Origin: Tubulanus polymorphus
Lineage: Eukaryota; Animalia; Nemertea
Direction: 5' to 3'
NCBI RefSeq assembly: GCF_964204645.1
Contig: NC_134035.1
Location: 3,348,001-3,412,000, forward strand
DNA: 64,000 nt
Shown here: positions 14,741 to 28,000 of the stretch, one piece after another
Layout: each line of letters starts with the position of its first letter
Numbering within the stretch: position 1 is the first letter of the stretch
Notes under the pieces: generated by a model
Seen by the model: the letters and a program-made list of their open reading frames with translations, nothing else
What the model was told of the DNA's origin: nothing
The model's database searches: none
Program-made: the position numbers and the translations under genes

Positions 14741-16004
14741 TGCTTACTCGGCGCCGGTCGAGTTAGTGAATTTACCGATATCTATTCGGAATAACATTCT
14801 ATTTCGACGATTTTCAACTCAATCCAGTAAACTCTGCGAAATATCTACAGTCCAAACATTAACGAGTAAGGCGCAGTTAACTGCGTGAATTTTGGCCCGA
14901 GAGATGATGAACTATCGGTTGTAACAAACAAGTTTTCTGGTCGTTAGGATCCAGTTCCACAGTGTTGTGAGTTTGAGTTGAAATAAGTTCATTTTCAATG
15001 AATATCTTGAGTTAATAACTCAGGAACCGAAGCTACGCATAGCTACGTAGGTCCTGAAGTTTGTTTTTAACGAGCTTCGACTGTAATAGCGATTCAAGCG
15101 ATTTCAACGGCCGCGCCTACTGAATCATCAGCACCGCGATCATTCACACGAAACAAAAGCAATATTTCGCATTTTGTAGATAACGTAAAATCAATCATTC
15201 AGATTAATCAACGATTCCATTAGTGGTCGTTATATCATTTTGATAAACTCAATGTGCAAAACTATCACCATAATGATGTATATATATGCAACTGTTAACC
15301 ATTTGAAGCTTTATGGTCCCCGCGCCTAAAGATATTTAGGACTAGGTGCGATACCGTTAGGCGTACCGTATACCCTGTCCAAGGATTGATATCGGAATAC
15401 TGAATTTGGCGCAGTATTAGACCTAGTTTTACAGTTGTAAGATGAACAGTTAAAACTAGTTCATTTTCGGCCAGGTTTAAACGTGACAAACTCAGCCCTA
15501 AAATTCAGTCAGATCGGAAAACGCGCTAATTCTATGACTTTTTACATATCTATAACATAAAAGACAAAAAAAAACCAAAAATGCCTACGAGTTCAACAAC
15601 TGAAAGTAATGGGGGACCTACAAAACTAGAGATCCCGCCAGATGGCGTCACTAACAGTACGTCTTAGTGGGAAAAGTTCCTTCGGTTTCGATCATCTTAA
15701 ACATACGAATCAAATATCGAATGATCGTCAGAAAGATACAACGCAATCGATTGATTTTAAGGAGAAAAGTTCGATTCAACCTCGATCGAAACGTCGAAGA
15801 AATAGAAACGCGGAAGAGTTACGAGATACTAGCGACACCTGGCGGATCCCTACGGAATCCTCGCCCACGGTAGCAGCGTCGAAGCTTCCCCATGCGCACT
15901 CGAGGGAAAAAAATATGCGCAGCACAAAACCCGATTGAAAGATTGCGAACATCGAAGACTACGGTATAATTTGGGCATCACCTACGCTAGATTCGGGACG
16001 TCAT

Positions 16005-19000
16005 CTACGCTATATTCGGGACGTCGCCGTTTCGTTTAAGGTTCGATTTATCTAACTGTAGCAGTTCGACTGCCGCTTCGTCGTGACTCTGATTATCGCT
16101 GTGATGATACGGATGCACGAACGAATGATGCGACTGATGACTTACGCTCGACATTTCCGACAGCGTGCGCTTGCGTCTGTGGTGTTGGTGGTCGCCGGCG
16201 CCGCCCGCGACGAAGTCGTGGTGGTTGTCGAGACTCTTGACCGAGCTGCCCAGTCGCAGGTGCGACGTACACTGCTCCACCTGCTCGGACACGTGAAGAT
16301 CTTTCTGACAGAAGAAATAGACGAACGACGCGCAGTAAGCCGTCGACATCGCGTTACCCGTCGACCGCACCCGATCCCTGAAAATACAACGATATCATTC
16401 GTTTTTTGAAACACATTTTCCATTTCTTCGCAGTCGGGAGATGTTTGTGTTGGATTTTCCATCTCTTCCCAGTTGTGAGGGCTGATTACTTACAGGAACC
16501 ATTCAACCGTGAACAACATGGCGACATCGGCCACCGGTAAACCGATCGACTGACAAATAATCATCACTATCACGACGCTACCGCTCGGAATGTCAGGAAG
16601 GGCGCACATCAATATCGTAATCATCAACCTAAAATATACAAAAATATTATATAATGATAATATAATAATTGAGTTTCATTTGAATAACATTAACCCTTTC
16701 AGTGCGTCTACACTGCAGCGCGGTGTATGAATCGGTGATGGATTTTGCTAGTACACCGCGCTGCGGTGTATTGATGTAATCAGTAATTAGTTTTTATCTC
16801 TCTTGAAAAATGGCAGCTCCTGTCAAACATAGTTAAATATTAGTAACTACTGATACACCGCACTGTGGTGTAGACACACTATAGTGGTATTCCCGTTATT
16901 CAACACACTAGGGGTGGAATTTTTAAAAATTTTCAAATTATCTCCAGCATTAAAGGGTATTAATTAGTCAGCACTGAAAGGGTTAACATGAATATTGACA
17001 GCAAAGAAAAATGAAGTACAGCGAGAGCCTTAGGGGCTGTACCGGTCATCTCTTGACTTACGAACTGAATTCCGATCAGCGCGTCTTATTACCTACCATA
17101 GTATAAACATACCACCGGCGTCGGGCTGCATGTCGTTTCGCTGAGCTATCAACAGCACGCTACACGTCACGAAGATGGCGCTGCCCGCTTTATTCGTCGC
17201 CGAACAGAACGGCAACACGAACCGGATCACTCGTATGTCGATGCTGTATTTTTCGCAGCCCTTGTACAGATCGGGGATCGTGACGGCTCTGAAACAATGT
17301 AAAATGATAACGTATAATAAATCGAGCCTATGACAAGCCCGCCGCATACTAGGCCATTTCTAGCCGCGGGTTGTAATATTCTTAATCACCGGCAACTTTT
17401 GTTTTTATCGCAGGACCCCAAGTTACAAGGTGACGCTGCTAGTTGTTGGCACCACTTTTCGGCCTACAATTTTGATAGACAAAAGATGCCAGTGGCCGCA
17501 CACTAGGCGATATCACAGCAGATTTATCGCAGTGCCGGGGTGTATTATTTAACCTGTTCAATTGAGTAGCAGTAACCCTTCCGTTAAAAATCAGGGGCCA
17601 GTTGCACAGTCGTAACTTAAGTCCAAAAGTGGTCTTAAATCGTAAGACAGGTCTTAAATTGATAGATTGGCTATAGAACTAAGTTGGTCTTAGACTGGTC
17701 TTAAGTCTAAGCCATGACTATGCAACCGGCCCCTGGGGCCGAAGGTTGGTTACAGTTAACCAGTGGTTAGTTGACATAGCGACAATTGAAAGTTTATTTT
17801 TACTATGGTATTTATCCGCCGGTTATCTTAAACCAACTGACCCCAGTCTATTAAACCAAAACCTATCATTTCTATACGGTTAACAACCTAAACTTAAGTT
17901 TTATTAGGTCTCAGAACAACTGATACGGAAATAGGTTTCGATCAAAGCAATACTAGCGGTAGCAAAGTACCAGTAGCAAATGCGCACTAATTTCTAAAAC
18001 CAATTACTTTATATTTCAGTCAAAAAGTATAATATATAAAAGTTAACTGCCATAATTTAACGTTATATTAAAGCCGAAATAGGTCCTGCACGTGATAGTA
18101 AAAACGACATTTGCCATTATTTACATCTCCCATTATGAACAGCTCGTGACCAACTAATGAAGGGCACTTAATCATTAATGGGTACCATTTATCATTCAGT
18201 ACTAATAGTCAGGTAGTTATACATAGACACTATACAAACTGTATGATTCAAGCCATCTAATTAAGGGACTCATCTTTTATTTATATCATCAGGTATAAGA
18301 TATTTCCCTTAGGACAATATAATGACATTACTTTAACAAAACAATTGATGGGAAAATAGTTGGAGATTAATCGTAGAGAAATCGATAAGATTTTTCCTCC
18401 ATTAGCCGCGATTGCACGGAGACAATTTTGGCCCGGGTCAAATTGGCCTGGATCGGACCTGAGTCAAAATTAGCCCGTGCCTAATTTGAGACCACGTTCG
18501 CACTTAAACCACTCACGCGATATTAAAATGTTACGTATAAATAAGATGCTGTAGCAAGTGAGGTAAGTCACTTCCAAAACCACTGAAATTTGGCACAGGC
18601 CTGGTCCGACATTTATGACCAGGCCAAATTTGGCGCCATTTGGCACAAGTGTAAATAGTTGGACCGCATCAAAATTGCGACTATATCGTTGATATTCATC
18701 CCAGCCCCTGTCCAGCCACGATTCAAAACATGTACTCGATAAACTTCAGGTTTTATCGTCGCACCTTTTTTCGAAAAGCGGAATCAACGTCTAAACAAAT
18801 AACGGCAACCTGTCGGGATGAGAAGTAAAATGTAAGGCAGGTTTTAACGACGCGACAGCTGTGCGTTGTCGGTATACTTATATATATATATATATATATA
18901 TATAGTGTGGGTGTCACAGATGTTTTGGGTAAGGTGGAATTTAGATTTGGTCGCGATCTATTATCACGACTGTATGAGAGAACGAGCGATTAGTTGGTGA

Positions 19001-22000
19001 GCTAACGATTCTAAACCCGAATTCAATCGATATCTGGTGATATCTCTCCGCGAGCTCATTGTATATCGATTAGACGTACATACTCAACACGCACTTATTA
19101 AAATTCATTGCAAGCATCTGTTCAATGAAACTGATATGCTAGGATTCAATCAAACAAATCACTATGAGCTACTACAGGATGTGCAAGTCCCGTCTCACAA
19201 AGCCTGTTAACACTAAATACCTTTTAGTTTCACTAATTTTAGCTGAGAATGTCTCCGGTAAATGGATTACATTTTTTGTTCAAACTATTCAAATATCAAT
19301 AATTTCATTAATTGGCACTATATACCAATCCGATAAGCTGAAAAACCAGTGTAAGCTCATTTTAGTTCTATAGCCAATCCAACAACTTAAGACCTGTCTA
19401 AGTTCATTTTAGTTCTATAACCAATCTAACAACTTCATTCTAAGTTCATTTTAGTTCTATAACCAATCTAACAACTTCATTCTAAGCTCATTTTAGTTCT
19501 ATAACCAATCTAACAACTTAAGACCAGTCTAAGTTCATTTTAGTTCTATAACCAATCCAACAACTTCATTCTAAGCTCATTTTAGTTCTATAACCAATCT
19601 AACAACTTCAGACCAGTTTAAGCTCATTTTAGTTTTATAACCAATCTAACAACTTAAGACCAGTCTAAGCTCATTTTAGTTCCATAATCAATCTAACACC
19701 CTAAGACCAGTCTCATGATTTAAGTGTCACTAGTAGTGACTCAGTGTTCCAAGTTCCAGGCAAGGGACACAAATAAGAATGGAGTAACTAGTGATAGCGC
19801 GGGCAACAAAAACTTAGAACCACTCTCGAGAGAAGTATTCGCTGAAGACACACTTACACGCTCGTAGTCGCGAAACTCGTCAACCAACTCTTCAAGTTGT
19901 AAACGTACAACGTGAACGGATTGCGACGCCGCGTGATGAACTCGACGGCCGGAACGAGAATCAGCTGCTGGAACGTGACGCCGACGACGACGGCAAGAAT
20001 GAACAGACCGAGTTGACGGAACGTCGCTTCGATGTTGCCGATCCCGGCGATCGCGGCCGCCGTCAGACTGGCGATACCGATCGGCGAATACCTGCGTGTG
20101 AACAAAAAAAAATAAAGAAACCTATTTTAAAGAATTCCGATTCATTTACGGCCGCCATCTTTCTCACAGTTACATGCATTAAAAATTCCCAGGCTTTTTC
20201 CAAGTTTTGATGAGTGATTTTTCAATTTTCCCATATAGAAATGAACAGATACCATCATGCTACAGTAAACATTTTAGTGGTGACTGGTTGATAAAGCTGA
20301 TTCTAAAGGAAATTGCTGAAAGTTCCCCTTGGTAGATGCAATATTCAAAATGTAAACGAATTTGCCAAATATTTCCCTGATTTGAGGACAATTTCTCAAA
20401 TTCCCAAATATTTCCTTACTGGGAATCGTTATTTCAAAATTCCCAAGTTTTTCCCGATTTCCCTGTTCTGTGGGAACCATGAGCTTCGCGTATGTTCGGA
20501 TGGAGGACTATTCAGTTCTGTAGCATCTTACCACAGGAACCAGCCGAGAATTTTGATAATCAGTTCGCTAGCCGCGTTGAAAAACATGAAGAACGGCTGC
20601 CCGACCTCGCCGCTGTTACTGGTCGCGATACCGAACACCAACGAACAAAATATTATTCCTGCAATGAAATTAAAAAAAAAATATCAAAAACTGTTACAAA
20701 ATGTTTTTTTTTTTCATGTTCAAAGTTTTTTTCTTTTAAGCGATGCCCGACTTTCTGGACGACCCAATAAATTAGGTGAACCAGACACAACCTAGATCAT
20801 ATAGTCAATGGTTCATACTTCGTGATAAGGTCTAGGTTGAACCAATGTAATCTGCGTTATGATTTATCACTTTTTATCGGTTGTCATATTGAATAAATAT
20901 TTTTCGAGTCAAGTAAAGGTCGAAAATCAAGTTTTCATTTCCTGATAATTCTTTTTTTTCAAATACCCTGTGCTGATATTTCCGAAGCTGCGCATATTAG
21001 AGTTATACCTGCATTCAAATTATTCTTTATCCTTGACCGGTATTCAAAATGGTGTCACCAGGTAGTTCAATGGAGTTGAATTGATTAATTTTAAGAAGTT
21101 TAATTAATACATTTTTAATTGTTTAACTCCAAAAGTCAAATCTAAATAACTAATTGTGGAACTGATCGTTTAAACACTATTTCCTATTCAGCATCAGGTA
21201 AATGCTTTTTAAACTATTTTAATCTATTCATTTACTGTTGATTATAATCTTGCACATCTTTTTCTAAATTCTTCATCTTTCCCCTCAAAACAGACCTCCT
21301 AAGGATACTCATAAATGTATGAACTCGAAATACTGTTCAAACATTGTTCTCTACTACTAGACGGGGATGATTACTATCTACTACCAGTGCTCGGAAACCT
21401 GAGTCAAATCTGCTGCTGCTGCTGCTGCTGCCAGACTGACTGACTTGAGTAGAAATTATATATTCTTAGATATTTGAGTTCATGAACGTTATTTCTTATA
21501 TTAGCTTTAGGTTAAACTAGTTCATTTTCACTACTACATGTTCTACCTAGATATCAGTACAAATATCCCTATAACTACATCCCTCTATAAGCTGAAAACT
21601 AATTTGTGGCTTAACCTCCCCCTATAGAGAAGTCCCTTCACATATTCATATACTCACATATTCGCTATAGATGTCCTGCTATAGAAACTATGTTTTACCG
21701 TACAACAAAACCTCAAAACACACTAAATATAGCTGCAAAGCAGCGATAACGGGTTTTCCCGAAACATTGACCACGCTTTCCACAATGCATTATATCATAC
21801 TTTATAAGTCTTACCCAACATATTAGATCCATCTGTGAACCCGATTTGACGTATATACTCGATCAGCGTTTCGTTTGTGAAGAGCGACGATACGTTCGCC
21901 GCGGCGGTGGCCGCCGTGCCGTTACTCAGAAAGTACGACGTCACGTTTTCGGCGCTGACATTGACGGCCGGCATTAGAATCGCTTTAGATTCAGAGTTGT

Positions 22001-25000
22001 ACGACGTTTGAGTCTGAAATGAGTACAGGATAGTTTTACTTGAATTCTCTATCGGTTTCTGTTTTCTTATTCAGTTTTTAATAATTCAGGGAAAATATAC
22101 CGGTACATTTTAGTCCCATGATTTCAAAAGGATATCAAGTAAACTGCGCTTCACTCTGTGAGTGTTGGGACAGCTGTAAATATTTCACCGAGTTGCGAAA
22201 AGAAATTTTTTTCTAAATGGATTTTTGTAAAATTCATTGAGGTGACCAGTATTGAATTGACCAGTACTGAGTTGACTGAGCACTGAGTAAGGAAGAGTCT
22301 ACTTCAGTAAACTATGCCTCACTCGGTAAATGTTCAGTGGGAAAATCTGGGAAATAGATCATCCAAATAATTTTCTAGTAAAATACACCGACCGGTACCA
22401 AGTAAGGAGCAGTCTACTGTTATTCCTTCAACGCATGAAATACTAAGATTCTTTTCGTGTAAATCTAAACCGATTCGATAACCGCACAGTCTAAGGGCAG
22501 ACGGCACTTGGCTATATTCATACAAATATATACAATATCTTATCAATGGTTTATTTGATTTGAAAAAAGGTGCCGGTTGTTATTAACTTACCTGTCTAAA
22601 ACAAGCAGCGATAATATTATCCGGAAAAAGATTCCTAGAAATAGAAATATAAGTCGATGTGATAACAACACGCAGAATAAGTCGTCAAGGTCACAAACCA
22701 TGTGATAATATTTATAGATTTAGAGCGAATGTGTTGGTAAATATTCAAGTGAAACCTATCAGTAGAGGGCCGGCCACTTTCTGGCCATTTACAAATTCCC
22801 CGAGTTTTCTGAGTAAATCTGCTGCAGGTGAATCGGGGAAATTTCTAGGTTTAAAATGTAACAATTCATTTCTCTTTTATTGAATCACGTTCTGATAAAG
22901 AAATGCGTGGCATTATACGAATTCCCTGAGTTTTCCAGAAGCCAGTTGCACAAAAGTTTGTTTGAGTTAACCAGTGGATCATTGACATAGTGATAATTGA
23001 AATTGCATTGTTACTATGGTATTTATCCGCCGGTTTGCTTTAACCAACTTTTGAGCAACTGGCCCCAGGTGTTTACCAAAATTCATCCAATCGCCTGTAT
23101 TTTCCCTGATATTTTCTAGATTTCTCTGAATCTGAGTTTTCCAGGTTTCCAAGGTTGTCAGTGGCCACCATAACAATTTAGACAGGGATCTATATTATCA
23201 AATCCGGTCCTACAAATGGGGTACCCGCGATACGCAGCGCACAAGGTGTCGCTAGTGTAAAGTACAACTGCACGCCGGATATTCTCTAAAAATCCAATCA
23301 AAATCGAACAATAATTTCAAGTCGAAGGAACCATATTTGTGTATACACGTTTCAGATATGACCGGTATCAATTAATCTACCTAATCGGAATGGACGGAAA
23401 AACCAGCATACATTCAACAATTACACACATACTTGTACATAATTAACTCTCAATACGGCGCACGAGCAGATGTTGCTATACACATCGCGGACAAATATTT
23501 CACGTCAATAGACAGAAAATACCGCCGAAAACAATATACGAAATTTCACTCATGAAATAAGAGCAGATGTTTCCGCGAAATCTATATCAGCGTATACATA
23601 GGTAACGAACGTATTTCATTTCGGTTTTAAATGCGAAATCTATGCAAATCTATGAGACTGTTGTTTTCCCTTATTTGACATATTTATATAGAAAGTTCAG
23701 TTTTTTATATAATATCGGGGTCTGTAATGTTTGATAGCGTTCGGGTCAGTAAACCCTGACAAGCCATCTACCTTCACTGGGACTCGAACTTAATGGCATC
23801 ATGAGAATACAAGCCTCTTAAGGACACAGGGACTCAAAGCTGATAGCGTCATGAGATTCATGGCCGCACAAAGACATAAGGATTCGAACCTATGGCATCA
23901 TGAGACTGCCTGCCTCATAAGGACACAAGGATCAAAACTGGTGGCATCATGAGATCTCATGCCGTAGCAGTCTGGGTGTGCAGTTATTCACAATGGGTGG
24001 TCTAAAAGGCCGGACATTTTTGTGAAAAACCAAATGAAGTACTCCAGATATGTATCTGATGTCGGGGGACACCCCACTCTTGACACTCTTGAGATTTTCT
24101 GAGTTTCTTTCTGGTACAATCAAGGTCCTTGTATGTATAAGCATTCTCTTTTGCTTCTTCAAGACATTTCCCTTTTATGACAACACGATCATCATCATGG
24201 CACGAATAGATTTTGAGTTAAAGTAGTCTAAGATCATACCTATATTTGATAGTATTCTTTTGTTTATAAAATCTTATTGCAATTCATGGGAAATAAAGTT
24301 ATTACTATCATTATCAAGTCTACCTGAGCATGTCGGCGAATATATCTTGCGTTTGCATCAGTTGTTTTTCTTCGCCGTTTTTCTCGATCCCAGCCGCTTC
24401 GCCATATCCTCCTACAACGCGTATAAAATATATATATAAAAATATCGACGATTCAATTGATATCTACTGATAATGGCTAAAAACTAAGCCAGGGTCCCTA
24501 CAGATTGGTTATTCCTGGAGATACAAGGAGTTTCAATGAGTTTAAAAGGAGAAAATTTCAAATTTTATGTGAATTTAACTGTCGACTCCTCCTAAATCGG
24601 TATTGTTGATCTTGGTAAACCATTAATTCGGTGGTCTTGTAAGTTAGTGAACTTTTAAGGACTCAAAAGAGTCGCAGGGATCCTGCAAGCCCTGCAAGCC
24701 GCGCAAAAAAGATACTCGCCAGTGTTTTAAAAGTTGAAACTATGAAATATGTATAGGTTTTAATTATCACCACTAAACGCAATGAAAAAAAGTGAGTTAA
24801 CACAATCGACATCGGTTAATCCATCCATCCGTCCAGGGTTAAGCAATTAATCAGTACATAGATTAGCCCAGTTTTAACGTAATGTTAATTACCTAAAATC
24901 CATATTTTCAATTATTCCGTAGAAAAATATGTCACCCTGTTGTCTCGAATTTATATGCAATACCTTATCCATCAGCTGTCGGGGGCGGGCGGGGGGTGGG

Positions 25001-28000
25001 GGGTATATTTTTCAGTTAAAAGAATTCAGGCCCCAATCATCAATCTACTAAATCTGTACATTTCATGTATTCTTTTTGTAATTTTGTATTCCTTTCAATT
25101 AATGATGAAACAAATCTTATACCATAGTACATTCAAACAACTCAACATTTAGATTGTTCGGTTAGTAGTTTATGGATTTGAATCATAAAGGTGTTTTAAA
25201 GATAATAGCCCAGCCAAAAAGCGTAGCACTGGGCCTCCCGTGCTACACAATGGATATACATCCCCGATGGCTTATATTTTGAGGTATATCAATGCTTTAC
25301 AATGAGTACATTATTTATTTAGCTGAACCAATCATAGATCGGTATGGTATACTCCATGTTTATTTATTCTTGAACAGCCGAGTCCACGCTTTAGGGAAAT
25401 TTAGTGAAATAAGCAATAACTGTTTGATTTTATGCGCGATATAAATCTCAACAAATTTCCCCGATTTTCCCCTGATTTTTAGCCTCTTTCTTTTTAAACA
25501 AAATTCCCTGACTTATCCCGGATTTCCCGTAATTCCCGGTAAGAGCGAACCTCGTTGATATATATGTAAATACTTGAATTAAAATATGCAAAGCAGTGTC
25601 TGAATTTAAGGGACTATCCGGTATATATTAAAAATCTAGCCGTTATAATATCAAAGCTTCGGGAAAAGCTGAACACATTGCAAAGCGCGACACATTTTCT
25701 AAGTGTAGCGTTCATAAATTGTAGTCGCTTTTGATAAATGAGATTGTCGCCGCGTACCTTGTCTAATCGTCAACGACAGTATGATTCCGATCAGCGTACT
25801 GGTAGCGTTAGTTACCATCACGTAAGCCAGGGTCATTACGCTTACTTTACCGTTCGAACGGGAATCCAACGATGCTGCCCCTAAAAAAAAAAAAAAAAAT
25901 TAAGGCGTGTTTTTAGGAAATATCTCAAACGAATCAAATCGGATAGACGTAGAGTTTCATATCGAAATTCGCACTCGCAACTCAAGTCTAGACTCAGACC
26001 ATTCGGATTTCAGAGTTTATCACGAATCAATACTGTTCTACCCATAGGAACGTTGACCGAAGCTTGTTTTAAGTCATAAGGGGCCGGTTGCATAGTCGAA
26101 GCTCAGATTCAAGACCGGTCTAAGACCAACTATAGTTCTATAGCCAATCCAACAACTTAAGACCGCTCTTAGGATTTAGGACCATTTTTGGACTTCAGTC
26201 ACGACTGCGCAACCAGCCCCGGTTTATTGTAATTTGAAGTAGACTGGTCTGGAGTTGTTAGATTTTCTAAAGAGCCGTCTTTAGACTAAGACCGTTTTTT
26301 TTAAGACATCATGATCCAGTTCCACAGTTCTGAGTTAAGATTTGACTCTCGAGTTAACTCATTGAAAATGAACTAACTCTAACTCACAACTGTGGAACTG
26401 GGTCATCATAGTTACATCTTTCTAACATTTGACCAGTCTCAAGGCTAAGGCCGGGTTTTTTAGTTGTTATCAAATCAAAATTGGACTAACGTTGAACTAA
26501 AATTGATATCAACGCTACAGGCTCAAGACCAGCATTCAGTCGTGCGACTACAGAACCAAATCGAGCTTAAGACTGGTCAAAAAATCTTCAGTACTGTAAC
26601 AGTTGTAACAGCGCGAAATACTGGGCTTGGGTCGATGAATACTATATTGCTGCATGTATGTGACAAGCTGTATAACCACTGGCCAACTGGATTAGTTATA
26701 TTGGCCTACTGGTTAGCAGGCTTGTTTTGTCGGTACCTGGGTTCAATCTCCGGTGAGGGCGTGCAATCTAACTGCATCACTCCCTCATATTGTTACAACT
26801 ACATAATACTTACCTGATATTATACAAGACACGACAAGTGGAATGATCATCATTTTCAGCAAACGAAGAAATATGTCTCCGGGAATACCTAGAAATAGTA
26901 AACAACATTGAGCGGTTAACGAGTGATTTGCTAGAGATGTATTTTAGTCTTGGCCATGACTTCGCAACTGGTTCACGAGTCTGAAGCTAAGAGCCTCGAA
27001 TCACGTTGAACAAAGGTTATCTGCAGGACAAAACCAACAACCATGTTATATAGTTCATCAGACATGAGCGGTTAATTATATAATCGCATCTGATGATGAA
27101 TTCGTGAACGTTAATCCTGTGAAATGGGAGCATTTCGAATCGGAATAATTATACGCATAATAATCATCACGCGCAAAAACTGGGGGGGGCGGGTCTAGAA
27201 AATTTGAAACGGCGAGTCGCGCTTCAAATTTCGAAAAACATTTATGCTTTTAGATGGCGTTTCCTGCATTTAAAATCGTCATTTTAAAAAGGAAAGGAAT
27301 TCCGGTTTTATTCGTTACAATTTCGTGATGTTTATTTCATCAACGCTCAATTGAAAAATTTGGTGCCTCTGAATCATCCCCAAACCCAGAATCGGACTGA
27401 TAAAACAGCCTGAATCAGAGGTACAAGCACCTGGTCAGTCGGTATTCACTACAGAACGCCATTCTACAGTCCAGACAGTCCAGACTGAACAGAATTCCTT
27501 CCACAGTCCAGACTGAACAGAACTCCTTCCACAGTCCAGACTGAACAGAATTCCTTCCACAGTCCAGACTGGAACAGAATTCCTTCCACAGACCAGACTG
27601 GAACAGAATTCCTTCCACAGTCAAGACTGGACAGAATTCCTTCCACAGTACAGACTGAACAGAATTCCTTCCACAGTCCAGACTGAACAGAATTCCTTCC
27701 ACAGTCCAGACTGGACAGAATTCCTTCCACAGTCCAGACTGGACAGAATTCCTTCCACAGTCCAGACTGGACAGAATTCCTTCCACAGTCCAGACTGAAC
27801 AGAATTCCTCAAACCACCAGGTCTATTACAGACTTTATTTTGTTGACTTAGATCTTGAAGTTTGATATACAAACACAAAGGTCGAAATTGCTCGAAACGA
27901 CCACTTGAAATACCACTTGTTAAAGGTGGTTGAAATTTGAACTTCGGTTTTTCTTGTTTCACACATTAAACTACTGACCGATATTCTCGATGCCGAAGAC

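Noticed and set aside
26690-26765. tRNA-like sequence (gggttcaatctcc)
   Set aside because: Too degenerate to fold into a cloverleaf. At most a SINE relic.
27415-27962. CRISPR-like array or repetitive protein ORFs
   Set aside because: Contiguous 28-bp units with no unique spacers, in a eukaryotic intron, with no cas genes. It is a minisatellite.
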